From Synechococcus sp. (GTDB lineage Bacteria > Cyanobacteriota > Cyanobacteriia > Thermostichales > PCC-7336): DNA of 48,740 bases. Numbering within the stretch: position 1 is the first letter of the stretch; each line of letters opens with the position of its first letter. The stretch is taken from positions 1 through 48,740 of the forward strand of contig JBFRWN010000024.1 in the NCBI GenBank assembly GCA_051439605.1. The letters are read 5' to 3'. Below are positions 37,731 through 47,334 of this stretch, one piece after another. The notes under the pieces were generated by a model. That model was not told where the DNA came from, ran no database searches, and was given only the letters and a program-made list of their open reading frames with translations. A program made the position numbers and the translations under genes.

Positions 37731-38462
37731 CTATTGCTCTAGCCACCAAGATAACGGATGAGTGCGCACGATCGCGATTGAAAAATATGGGGGTTGATAG
37801 CCTCTTAACCCTTCAATGCTTTTAAACACCCGCTGCTGGGGCCATCCCAACCATTCCACCAGTCCCGTCTGAGCCAATAAACCACGAGACTCCAAGATGG
37901 CGTAGGCGCGATCGAATACAGCCGATACCTTCATCAACACCACCACATCCGCCCAGTCCAGCAGATCCTCCAGCTCATCGACCCGATGAATCGCAGGCAA
38001 AATCGCCACCCCTTCATCCCACATCGATAGGGGAATCTGCAGAGCAGCAGCAGCAGCCAACGGTGAACATACCCCTGGCAAAACTTGCACGTTTACATCC
38101 GCCTGCTGCTGTACCGCCCGTGCAAGATAGGTAAACGTGCTAAAAAAGCTAGCATCCCCCTCAGATATAAATGCTACATCCTCACCCTGTCGCAGCATCG
38201 GTAGTACCTGCTCCGCCGCTGCCAGCCAGGCTGTCTCCAACACCGCTTCGTCAGTCACAAACGGTAAATCTAAAGCCAGCAATGGCTTGTCCCCCAATTG
38301 CTGGCAGGCAATCCGATAGGCCATGCCGGGCTGACCTTGGCGATCTTGCGGACAGGCGATCGCCGCAACTGACTGGATAGCATTAACCCCCTCTATCGTC
38401 ATCCAGTTGGGATTTCCCGGTCCTACGCCGATCCCCAACAGTCGACCCAACCTAGTTGCCAT
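37731..38462 (-). CDS. cobI: Precorrin-2 C20-methyltransferase
   Basis: GIGVGPGNP, AFISEGDASFFSTF, VLPGVCS, VVLMKV, PYFS; start probably at ATG 38462. Confidence 0.9.
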   Translation of the reverse strand: MATRLGRLLGIGVGPGNPNWMTIEGVNAIQSVAAIACPQDRQGQPGMAYRIACQQLGDKPLLALDLPFVTDEAVLETAWLAAAEQVLPMLRQGEDVAFISEGDASFFSTFTYLARAVQQQADVNVQVLPGVCSPLAAAAALQIPLSMWDEGVAILPAIHRVDELEDLLDWADVVVLMKVSAVFDRAYAILESRGLLAQTGLVEWLGWPQQRVFKSIEGLRGYQPPYFSIAIVRTHPLSWWLEQ

Positions 38463-38726
38463 ATGTGTGAGATCCTTTCGCGATCGCAGGCTGTGCAGAA
38501 GGCACAGTACATCATTCCAGCTACAAACACCAATAGAAATCCAAAGTAGATACGTCTCTGTCTCATCACCAGCAACTCGCACAAAAATTATGCTTTTGTT
38601 CTCATCGAATCCCCCGCATAGTGATAGAACAAAAGAGTAATTCGGCCTCCTGTCTCAATGTCCCTCGACCGACTGGCATCATCTCTAGCCTGACCGACAC
38701 TCGCCGCCGATTCGTCTAAAATCCTT

Positions 38727-39209
38727 ATGCAAATTGAGCTTGAACAAGCGATCGCGGTGGTGGCATGCATAATTGCAGCGCTGGGCTTTTTATATGCTGT
38801 TTGGCCCCTGCTAGAAAAGGGAGCGGAATTCCTGAAACTGCGACAGCCCACAGAAGCAAACAGGTACGACCCAACGCTCACTCCCTACGAACAGTTGGTA
38901 AAGCTACTGAATAACGATTTGCAGTTGGTATCTCTGCTGCTGCAAAAGCTGTCCTATCAAATCCCCCACCAACCCGATGATTGGTATTGCAAAGTCGCAT
39001 TCAAACAAATGCAGCTGTGGATCGTCAACAAGCTGTCTGACGATCGCAACGATCCTGAGTTTGGCGAACGCCAGGCAACACGGTATTTATCTAAATACCG
39101 AGATCGACCCCAGTGGTGGGTTTACCGCAAATTAGCGATTGACCACGGACTCTTTCAAAAGGGCTCCCCCATGGTCAGAGAGGTTAAGCAACCGTTCACA
39201 GAACGATAG
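38727..39209 (+). CDS. Hypothetical protein with N-terminal membrane anchor
   Basis: TM segment AIAVVACIIAALGFLYAVWPLL followed by two similar helical segments. Confidence 0.7.
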   Translation: MQIELEQAIAVVACIIAALGFLYAVWPLLEKGAEFLKLRQPTEANRYDPTLTPYEQLVKLLNNDLQLVSLLLQKLSYQIPHQPDDWYCKVAFKQMQLWIVNKLSDDRNDPEFGERQATRYLSKYRDRPQWWVYRKLAIDHGLFQKGSPMVREVKQPFTER

Positions 39210-39244
39210 CAGCTCAGTTTCTACAAGCTCGCAGAAATGTTCTC

Positions 39245-39460
39245 CTATGAAGGCTCTCGCGACCTACGCAAACCTCTTCCCAGTGCCTTATCACTGTATT
39301 TCCATCGGATAGAGCGGCTAAATAAGGCCATCATGAGACGCTCGATGGCTTCAATGTCTTCTGTTGTCAACTGAGCTTGGATAATGGAGGCTTCCAGCAA
39401 TTGCTCGGTTTCTCGATCGAGCACACCTCGGTCAAACACACCAGCAATGATTTCTTGCAT
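39245..39460 (-). CDS. Small hypothetical protein (71 aa)
   Basis: MQEIIAGVFDRGVLD...EDIEAIERLMMAL.S.SI resembles small helical cyanobacterial proteins; ATG at 39460 is preferred to the ORF track start. Confidence 0.6.
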   Translation of the reverse strand: MQEIIAGVFDRGVLDRETEQLLEASIIQAQLTTEDIEAIERLMMALFSRSIRWKYSDKALGRGLRRSREPS

Positions 39461-39776
39461 GAGCCTGGCAATCAAAAGAAGGATGCAGTATCCATTGTTC
39501 CCATGTGCACCGCAGAAATGCCTAATTGGTGTATAAAGTCTCGCATCCTGCATGCGATCGACAGGAAGGTGATGCGTTTTACGTCTCCCAAAAAAGGGGA
39601 ATCCCTGATTTCTGTATCAAATACAGCAATAAGTGGCTGCAAGAAGTTGTTTGCTAAGCAAACTCTTGCTAACCCCAACCAGTGGACTGATAAAGGCAAA
39701 AACTTTGCGGGCTTAAACAGGAGATTGATGACACCGTACTGACTGGGTAATGCTCAATCTGAAGCGAAACAGCCCG

Positions 39777-40463
39777 TTAGGCAAACTGCCGTCCCAGTTG
39801 GATCGGATCGTGAACGGTAATCTTCTTTTTATGGATGGAAATGTAATCGTTCTTGCGTAGATCGCCTAGAAGACGGGTAATGGTGACTCGGGTGGAGCCG
39901 ATCGCCTCTGCAATTTCCTGGTGGGAGAGGCGCAGATCGATGGTAACGCCGTCAGGGCTGGGTAAGCCAAAGTCGCGACAAAGGATAAGCAAAAAGCTCA
40001 CCAATCGAGACCCCATATCCCGGTGGGCCAAGGTCTCAATCATCATCTCCGTTTCGAGAATGCGGGAGGACAGCCCTTTCAGGAGCAACATTGCTAGCTC
40101 TGCATTATTCTCAAGAGCGGTACGCACCTGCTCGATGGGGAGAGATAGCAGCTCTACAGTTGTAAAAGCAACAGAGTGGTAGAAGCGATCGGAATTTTGG
40201 CCAGTAATAAGCGAAAGAACACCAAAAATACTGTTTTCCCGCAGCAACGCAACGGTAATTTCTTCGCCAGATTCGTAGACGCGAGAAAGCTTCACCGCTC
40301 CTTTTTGCAAAAAATACACCCGCTCGGCAGGGTCCCCGGGAAAGAAAATGGTTTTGCCGCGATCGTAGGTTTCAACCGTGGGGGGATACTGACTGCCAGC
40401 CATTTCCCTGAAGACAGTGACAAGCGGCCTTTCCGACGCAACAACCGAATCAATAGGAGACAT
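39777..40463 (-). CDS. ntcA: Global nitrogen regulator NtcA (CRP family)
   Basis: [85 protein letters not shown]. Start at ATG 40463 or TTG 40478. Confidence 0.98.
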   Translation of the reverse strand: MSPIDSVVASERPLVTVFREMAGSQYPPTVETYDRGKTIFFPGDPAERVYFLQKGAVKLSRVYESGEEITVALLRENSIFGVLSLITGQNSDRFYHSVAFTTVELLSLPIEQVRTALENNAELAMLLLKGLSSRILETEMMIETLAHRDMGSRLVSFLLILCRDFGLPSPDGVTIDLRLSHQEIAEAIGSTRVTITRLLGDLRKNDYISIHKKKITVHDPIQLGRQFA

Positions 40464-40600
40464 AAACACCACGCTCAATTGGATTCAATGCTTGTGCGAA
40501 CACCGAACTTACTACACGGGGTGAGGCAGGGAACGCACCGTTTACCATTCTGTGGAGGTCAAACTCCTAATGTACGAGCTAGACAACGTTAATTCTCAAT

Positions 40601-40643
40601 ACACTAGTGGTTATAGACGAATTGATTTTGTATCACAGTGTAC
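40601..40643 (-). promoter_or_regulatory. NtcA-activated promoter of ntcA (GTA-N8-TAC plus -10 box)
   Basis: GTATCACAGTGTAC at 40630-40643, then 23 nt to TAGTGT (TAN3T; + strand acacta at 40601-40606) on the ntcA strand. Confidence 0.8.
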
Positions 40644-40716
40644 ATCTTTTAAGGTAGCTAGATCTCAAAAAACTTGAAGAGGATTTTGAATTGTTAACGC
40701 CTTTCTAATCGAGGCT

Positions 40717-41778
40717 TCAGTTTTGGGGGACTTCCACCTTCACATTGGCTAGTTCCACATCATCGTGGTCAGTGACGGGGATACCAGACCTGCTACGGGG
40801 CATGCGCATGCGGAAATTGCCCCCAAAAATTGGAAATGCTATCGAAGGTCCTTGTCGAGAAATAATTTGGCTAACTTTGCCAGTGCGAATCACCACCGTG
40901 TTCATCCCCTGCCGAAGCAAGCTAACGGGTAACGGGATGCGGATGTTGTCTGCAGCCACACTGATGCTGTGTATGCGGGTACCGTTCAGCTCAATTTCCA
41001 TGGGGGACATATCGGCGGTGGCAATTCCCGACTGACCTGCCCGAACGGCTTCCGCCGTGTCTAATCCTATGAGCGAGCCAATCACAAGCTCAGCTGGCTG
41101 CCGAGGAGGCTGCTCGAGGCGAAATTGCCGCACCATCTCCCGTCCTTGGCTACGCAGTCTGAAATCTCTTGCCCCAGCTGACTGCTCGGAATATTGGTCG
41201 TCCCCTAAATGCACCACGTCGCTTTGCAGCACTAAAGTTCTGTTTTCATCCAGCCGTTCTAGCTCCACCCGCAACGGTGCTCCCTCTTCACTCGTGGTTT
41301 GAGAATGTGGGACATAGTCCTCTAGCTTGGCCGTGAGAATTTCGTTTGAGGGAACGTTCTCTGGAAGTTGAAAGCGCCCTTGACTGTCGGTACGGACGGC
41401 AACGCCAGCTCCAGGGATGTCAACAGCAACGTTGGCTAGGGGTTTGCCAGTGGTTCGATCGATCACCTGCCCAGAATAGGCGGAGTCCAACTGTACATCC
41501 GAGGTGAGACGACGAGAGGTAGCTTGGATTGAACTGGAGAGTTGACTGTAGTCTGCTTGGGTAATGGTGCCGTCTCCATTGACATCCGCCGCCGAGATTT
41601 GAGCGTCAGTCAAGATGGCTGTACCAGAGAGGTATCCCTCCAGCAGATCTAAGTCTGTATCGTTGACTTCGCTGTTACCGTCGATATCGCCAGAGAGGAA
41701 GGGGCTGGCGATCGCCAAATGAGGAAACAGCGCGATCGCTAAAGCGAACGAAAATACAGACGGATGCAGCCGATTCAT
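40717..41778 (-). CDS. Secreted protein with type I dockerin-like domain and carboxypeptidase-regulatory-like beta-sandwich
   Basis: Signal MNRLHPSVFSFALAIALFPHLAIA; duplicated Ca-binding loop-helix GDIDGNSEVNDTDL...ADVNGDGTITQADY; GQVIDRTTGKPLANVAV...TDSQGRF. Confidence 0.8.
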   Translation of the reverse strand: MNRLHPSVFSFALAIALFPHLAIASPFLSGDIDGNSEVNDTDLDLLEGYLSGTAILTDAQISAADVNGDGTITQADYSQLSSSIQATSRRLTSDVQLDSAYSGQVIDRTTGKPLANVAVDIPGAGVAVRTDSQGRFQLPENVPSNEILTAKLEDYVPHSQTTSEEGAPLRVELERLDENRTLVLQSDVVHLGDDQYSEQSAGARDFRLRSQGREMVRQFRLEQPPRQPAELVIGSLIGLDTAEAVRAGQSGIATADMSPMEIELNGTRIHSISVAADNIRIPLPVSLLRQGMNTVVIRTGKVSQIISRQGPSIAFPIFGGNFRMRMPRSRSGIPVTDHDDVELANVKVEVPQN

Positions 41779-41889
41779 GGTGCAGACACAACGAGCCATT
41801 ACTGCATTTGTTTTAGCAAATTGCCTGGTTGGAAATGATTCAGCTTCGCGCAATGTTGAGTTGGCAGAATAGCCATTCGCTCGAAGAGG

Positions 41890-43023
41890 TCAAACCTCTC
41901 CCCAACCTGGCTGTATCCGACGCATCAAAGGGCTATAAACCTTGAAATAAGCGATAGATGCCACCTGGCGAGCCAGTGCTTTTTTGGGGGTATCGGCTCC
42001 GATGCAGCGCTGACAAACGGGATGGGTAACCTGCAGGCGATCGAATCCCTGCCGCAACGCGCAAGCGGGGCGATCGACCAGTATCTCAGCTAGCGATTTT
42101 TCGTTGAGGTTCCCGAGTGGAATTCTGCCTTCGTAGTCTTTGCAACAGGGAACAACGGTACCGTCGTACAGCACCCCTACCTGTTGAGCCGCTCCGTTAC
42201 AGGTGCCAAACCTAGCCGGGACCACATCTGTCCCCAGTTCCACATTACCCCAGCTATCCAGCGGAAACGTTTCTAGGCCGAGTTTGGGATGGAGGGTTAT
42301 CACCTGCCAGCGACCGGGTTTGTGTTGGCGAATTTGCTGGTCGATCCATTGGCGATCGGGAGGATGGGAATATCCCTGGAACAGGATATCTGCCCAGCGG
42401 TTGAGTTCCGCTTGTATTTGCTCGCGACCTTCCACAATTTTGAGAGGTTTGTGGGGTACCAAAAAGGGATGAGGGGTGGAGTCTAGAAATTTGATGTTGA
42501 CTCGAGTGGGGGACTGCTCGTCCTCTAGATTGGCCTGCACGTATTGGGTGATGCCGCTGAAATAAAGATTCGGAGAGAGATTAGGGGGGGCACCTCGAAG
42601 GGTGAAGGTGTCGGTGCTGGGGGTTTGCAGAGAAATCGTGACTTTGGGAATGCCGGATGCCACTAACTTCTCAATGTGGTCGGGTCGGATGGCAAAGGTG
42701 CTGCCGTTGGTGGTTAGATGCAGCTCTAGCTTGCGGTCGACGGCTAAGGCGATCGCCTTAAAGATATGGGGATAAATCAGGGGCTCCCCCATCAAATGGA
42801 ACGTGACAATCTTTGTTAGGTGCTTGTCAGCGATTTCATCCAGCAGTTTTTCCAACAGCTTGAGGTCGATGTGTCCTCGCTTGCGTTCCATGATGGCGTC
42901 GGGGCAAAACTCGCATTTGAAGTTACACACATTGGTGACTTCGATGTGCAGGCGATCGAGAGTAGGGCTGGCGATCGCTCCTGGGGTTGCGCTAGATAGA
43001 TAGGGGAACAATGCTGCCACCAA
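41890..43023 (-). CDS. Radical SAM protein with C-terminal SPASM/twitch domain
   Basis: IEVTNVCNFKCEFCP (CxxxCxxC), GEPL, TTNG; C-terminal C...DGTVVPCC.D...LGNL...CQRC. Confidence 0.92.
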   Translation of the reverse strand: MVAALFPYLSSATPGAIASPTLDRLHIEVTNVCNFKCEFCPDAIMERKRGHIDLKLLEKLLDEIADKHLTKIVTFHLMGEPLIYPHIFKAIALAVDRKLELHLTTNGSTFAIRPDHIEKLVASGIPKVTISLQTPSTDTFTLRGAPPNLSPNLYFSGITQYVQANLEDEQSPTRVNIKFLDSTPHPFLVPHKPLKIVEGREQIQAELNRWADILFQGYSHPPDRQWIDQQIRQHKPGRWQVITLHPKLGLETFPLDSWGNVELGTDVVPARFGTCNGAAQQVGVLYDGTVVPCCKDYEGRIPLGNLNEKSLAEILVDRPACALRQGFDRLQVTHPVCQRCIGADTPKKALARQVASIAYFKVYSPLMRRIQPGWGEV

Positions 43024-43092
43024 GAAATGAACCGTTTATACCCTATCTACGAAATTTGCCTGAAAAATGAGAAAAAGATGGGTTTAATTAGA

Positions 43093-43248
43093 AGCGTAAT
43101 ATATTTATAGTCATTCTCAATAAGTGAAATAAGGCCTAAATTGAAGCCATCTTATTGAGGACAACTTGTCTGGAAGCTATTTATTTGACGTAATGTATTC
43201 CCACCAAGCAGCCAGCCAAATTCACTCAAATTCTTGTTAAAAATATAT
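43093..43248 (-). repeat. ~150-bp AT-rich non-coding element, copy 2
   Basis: Reverse complement of 19577-19732; 30-bp exact core at 43128-43157; termini aatatatttata (43098-43109) and taaaaatatatt (43238-43249). Confidence 0.9.
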
Positions 43249-43371
43249 TGAGTTCCCTACTTGGTTTGTATTTCTGGAAGGTACCGACTCGCATTTTTCT
43301 GTTAGGCAAGGAAATTTCAGAGGGGGGCGATCGCTAGTCTCCGATCGAGATCTATGATTTTTCTGGCACAA

Positions 43372-44136
43372 CTAGTCCGGGGAGACGGTAAACCACTGTG
43401 GGTTCAATAAAGGTCCCAAATTCACCACCGGTCCCACAACGGCGATCGAGGGTGTTAATAAACCCAAACTGTCGTAGTCACGCTCGATCGCCTTTAGAGA
43501 TGTCCTTACCACCGACTGCTGAGGAGTTGTTCCCCAGGTCACAATCGCCACAGGGGTTTCCGGCGGCTTGCCTCCCTCCAACAGAGCGGAGGAAATCGAG
43601 CGCAAATTATAAATTCCCATATAAATCACCAAAGTCTCTGTCCCCTGGGCAAGGGCAGCCCAATTGACCTGAGGACGATATTTGTTTATCGACTCGTGGC
43701 CGGTCACAAACGTCACAGATGAACTGCAGTCTCGATGAGTCACCGGAATTCCTGCATAGGCAGAAGCGGCAATCCCTGCAGTGATTCCGGGAACGACCTC
43801 CACCTCGACACCGGCCTGTCGCAACCCCAACATCTCCTCTCCGCCTCGCCCAAAGACAAATGGGTCTCCCCCTTTTAGCCGCACCACCACAGCGTGTTTA
43901 TGGGCGAGATCGATCAACAATTGCGTAATTTTGTCCTGAGGCAGCGTATGCCTATCCTTTTGCTTGCCGGCATAAATCCGTTCGGCAGTAGGGGCCACAC
44001 AATCTAAGATCGGCTGGCTGACTAACGCGTCGTACACCACTACATCGCAGTTTTCCAACAGCGTTTTGCCCCTGACGGTCAACAACCCCGGATCCCCTGG
44101 ACCTGCTCCTACTAAATAAACCTTACCCGTCATCAA
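43372..44136 (-). CDS. cobA: Uroporphyrinogen-III C-methyltransferase
   Basis: VYLVGAGPGDPGLLT, VVYDALV, VVRLKGGDPFVFGRGGEE, VVPGITA, GIPVTHR. Confidence 0.96.
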   Translation of the reverse strand: MMTGKVYLVGAGPGDPGLLTVRGKTLLENCDVVVYDALVSQPILDCVAPTAERIYAGKQKDRHTLPQDKITQLLIDLAHKHAVVVRLKGGDPFVFGRGGEEMLGLRQAGVEVEVVPGITAGIAASAYAGIPVTHRDCSSSVTFVTGHESINKYRPQVNWAALAQGTETLVIYMGIYNLRSISSALLEGGKPPETPVAIVTWGTTPQQSVVRTSLKAIERDYDSLGLLTPSIAVVGPVVNLGPLLNPQWFTVSPD

Positions 44137-44198
44137 TATCTCAGTCTCTCGAATAATCGAAGTCTCTAGAATCTCTATCCTCTGGCCTCAAGAGGGAG

Positions 44199-44996
44199 TT
44201 AGGCCGCATCAAGTTTGACTATTTGCTCCTGCCTTTCCCCCAGCCTTTGCAACTCATCGAACTCCGCCAGCAATCCTCGCACCCCATCAATCCAGAGTGG
44301 ATGGGGCATCAGCACGGGGGAAACGGTCAATTGCAGCTGGGGAAATTGGGCAGAAATTTGTTCTGCTGATTCAACCAGGCAATCGGATAAACGCCCTGGA
44401 AATAGCAGGCAGGTCAACACGCTAATGCGTTGGTGCCCCTGCAAGTAAAGCTGGCGAACCCGATCCTCCAGTGAGGGTTCCTGCTTGCAAAAAGCTGCTA
44501 GCACTGGGCGTGCCGCCGACATCGCCAGGACATCGCACAACCCATCAAACTCCGCAGCGAACGTAGCTCTGCGGCTGCCGTGCCCCCACAACACCCACGC
44601 ATCATCTCCAGGCATGGCTGTCCCCAGCAGCTGCAATATGTCTAGCAGCTGTGGGGTTTGCCCCAACGGCGCAGCTAGGTGAAAGGCAATGGTTGGATAA
44701 TGGGTCCGCGCAGAATCCACTTCTGCCGGAATATCTTCGCGAACGTGTACTCCTGCAGCCATCAGCACCGGCACCACCACAACATCGGTGATGGAACGGG
44801 TTGTCCCTTCCACAGCGCTAATCAGCTGTTGCGATAGCCTTTCCGAAGCAAGCTCTAGCTGGCAACCAGCAACCGGCTGTGGCGCGAACGCTCGCTGACA
44901 GTCATTTACAAACTGCTGGAACTGCCGGGTAGCACGATCGTCTCGGCTTCCATGACACACAAGAGCGATTAGAGGGGTAGGAGAATAGCCAGTCAA
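44199..44996 (-). CDS. Sirohydrochlorin chelatase (CbiX/SirB family, two-domain)
   Basis: HGSRD, GVHVREDIP and a second HGSR; directly upstream of cobA. Confidence 0.85.
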   Translation of the reverse strand: MTGYSPTPLIALVCHGSRDDRATRQFQQFVNDCQRAFAPQPVAGCQLELASERLSQQLISAVEGTTRSITDVVVVPVLMAAGVHVREDIPAEVDSARTHYPTIAFHLAAPLGQTPQLLDILQLLGTAMPGDDAWVLWGHGSRRATFAAEFDGLCDVLAMSAARPVLAAFCKQEPSLEDRVRQLYLQGHQRISVLTCLLFPGRLSDCLVESAEQISAQFPQLQLTVSPVLMPHPLWIDGVRGLLAEFDELQRLGERQEQIVKLDAA

Positions 44997-45327
44997 GATG
45001 AGATGTTTTGGAGTTTGACAGTTAAACTAACCAGACCGATATCTTAACTGCCCAAAGAACAGCTTGTATGAGAGAGTTGTCATCAAAGAATTTTGGATCG
45101 ATTCACCAGAGATTCATACATATGGTTCTATTTTGCGGATTTCAGTTGCGCCTAGCACTCTCCCTTCACTCCCATAATCAATCATCCGAGTGGCCATGAT
45201 GACAGGGACTGAACGATGTGACAGTCACGGTCTAGAGTGAAAAGCTTCGCGGTTACCCCCAGAATTCCCCAGAAGTTGCACGACAAGCCACCCTGTAATC
45301 AGAATCAGTTGTCTCTGTCCTGAGATA

Positions 45328-45345
45328 TAAGTTAAGTTTAGTAAA
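45328..45345. promoter_or_regulatory. HLR1-like repeat upstream of ftsH
   Basis: Reverse complement TTTACTAA-AC-TTAACTTA, ~50 bp before the ftsH ATG; 3 mismatches to the HLR1 consensus. Confidence 0.35.
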
Positions 45346-45394
45346 CAAACGGGTAACTGCCCCCAGCAAAATATCCATGGTTTTGAGCTAAGTT

Positions 45395-47314
45395 ATGAAA
45401 CACCCTCGGCAAGCCAAGTGGAAACGCTCGCTAGCGGCGATGGCGATCGCCATCAGCCTTCTGCAAATGCCGCTCATCGGTCAAAATTCCGTGCAAGCAG
45501 CCCCAAATGCCCCTCTGGAATACGGTCAGTTCTTACAGTTGATCGATCAATGCGAGACCTCTCCTGGGGCTTGCAAGATTGCTCGTGTCACTATCAATGA
45601 CAGCAATGCAACCGCAGAAGTTGTTGCAAAGGATGACGCCACAGATGGTAAAGAGCAACTATTCCGCGTCAATCTCGTACCCATTCCCACCCGTATTTCA
45701 GCCCTCACCAATCGCCTAACTGAATCTGGTATCGATGTTGCGTATCGGCAACGGGGCGAAGGCAATCCCTTTTTGGGAATTCTGGGGAATCTCTTCATCC
45801 CTATTTTGCTGCTGGTGGGCTTATTCTTCTTATTTCGCCGAGGAAATGCTGGGGGCGGTCCCGGGCAAGCCATGAATTTTGGTAAATCCCGTGCCCGCTT
45901 CCAGATGGAAGCTAAAACCGGAGTCAAGTTCGACGATGTTGCCGGCATCGAAGAAGCGAAAGAAGAACTGCAAGAAGTTGTTACCTTTCTGAAAAAGCCC
46001 GAGAGATTCACTGCTGTAGGGGCAAAAATCCCCAAGGGTGTCTTGTTGGTTGGCCCTCCAGGCACCGGGAAAACCCTACTTGCCAAAGCGATCGCCGGAG
46101 AAGCTGGAGTACCGTTCTTCTCTATCTCGGGTTCTGAATTTGTTGAGATGTTTGTGGGTGTGGGTGCCTCTCGCGTCCGCGATCTGTTTAAGAAAGCCAA
46201 AGAGAACGCCCCCTGTATCATATTCATCGATGAAATTGATGCAGTGGGTCGACAGCGTGGAGCTGGTATCGGTGGCGGTAACGACGAGCGCGAGCAAACT
46301 CTAAACCAGCTGTTAACCGAAATGGACGGTTTTGAAGGCAATACTGGCATCATCATCATTGCAGCCACCAACAGAGCTGATGTGTTGGACTCTGCGTTGA
46401 TGCGTCCCGGTCGCTTCGATCGTCAGGTCAACGTCGATCGCCCCAGTTTCAAGGGCCGGCACGACATTCTCAAGGTTCACGCCCGTGACAAAAAGTTGTC
46501 CGACGACGTCAACCTGGAAACCATTGCCCGTCGCACCCCTGGTTTTGCAGGTGCAGACCTAGAGAACCTGTTGAACGAAGCAGCCATCCTGGCCGCTCGT
46601 CGCCAGCAGCTGACGATAACAACCAAAGATATCGACGATGCGATCGACCGCATCACGATTGGCTTGACCAAGCCACCTTTGTTGGATAGCAAGACCAAGC
46701 GTTTGATTGCTTATCACGAGACCGGTCATGCTCTGCTCATGACTCTTTTGGAATATTCCGATGACCTTAACAAGGTGACGATTATTCCGCGATCGAGCGG
46801 TGCCGGTGGTTTTGCTCAGCCCATTCCTAACGAAGAGCAGATGGACAGCGGTCTCTACAGTCGAGCCTGGATGCTAGACCGTGTAGTAGTGGGATTTGGC
46901 GGTCGTGCCGCAGAAGAAATTGTCTTTGGTTACGGCGAAGTTACCACGGGCGCAAGCAACGACCTGCAGCAAAATACAGGTTTGGTGCGTCAGATGGTCA
47001 CCCGGTTTGGGATGTCTGACCTCGGTCCCCTAATGCTAGAACAACCCAATCAAGAGGTATTTTTGGGTGGCAATTGGAATCGCAGCGAACTGTCTGAAGA
47101 CGTTGCAGCCCGAATTGACGTTCAGGTGCGCGAAATGCTGGATCGCTGCTACCAGAAAGCAGTTTCTATCCTGCTAGAGCACCGCGACTTAGTCGATCGC
47201 CTCGCAGAAACCCTGATTGAGCGCGAAACGCTTGACGGCGATGAATTCCGGGCGATTGTGGCTGAATACACCACGATCCCCGAGAAAGCATTTGCCCCCC
47301 CCAAGCTAGCTTAG
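45395..47314 (+). CDS. ftsH: ATP-dependent zinc metalloprotease FtsH (FtsH1/2-like)
   Basis: Walker A GPPGTGKT, Walker [24 protein letters not shown] zinc motif, TTGASND. Confidence 0.97.
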   Translation: MKHPRQAKWKRSLAAMAIAISLLQMPLIGQNSVQAAPNAPLEYGQFLQLIDQCETSPGACKIARVTINDSNATAEVVAKDDATDGKEQLFRVNLVPIPTRISALTNRLTESGIDVAYRQRGEGNPFLGILGNLFIPILLLVGLFFLFRRGNAGGGPGQAMNFGKSRARFQMEAKTGVKFDDVAGIEEAKEELQEVVTFLKKPERFTAVGAKIPKGVLLVGPPGTGKTLLAKAIAGEAGVPFFSISGSEFVEMFVGVGASRVRDLFKKAKENAPCIIFIDEIDAVGRQRGAGIGGGNDEREQTLNQLLTEMDGFEGNTGIIIIAATNRADVLDSALMRPGRFDRQVNVDRPSFKGRHDILKVHARDKKLSDDVNLETIARRTPGFAGADLENLLNEAAILAARRQQLTITTKDIDDAIDRITIGLTKPPLLDSKTKRLIAYHETGHALLMTLLEYSDDLNKVTIIPRSSGAGGFAQPIPNEEQMDSGLYSRAWMLDRVVVGFGGRAAEEIVFGYGEVTTGASNDLQQNTGLVRQMVTRFGMSDLGPLMLEQPNQEVFLGGNWNRSELSEDVAARIDVQVREMLDRCYQKAVSILLEHRDLVDRLAETLIERETLDGDEFRAIVAEYTTIPEKAFAPPKLA

Positions 47315-47334
47315 ACAATCCCTGATAATCCTTC

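Noticed and set aside
39612..39626. CTGTAT-CAA-ATACAG palindrome considered as an NtcA box
   Set aside because: Spacing is GTA-N5-TAC rather than N8; kept only as an unassigned palindrome.
45547..46371. 274-aa minus-strand ORF
   Set aside because: Antisense shadow of the conserved FtsH AAA domain.
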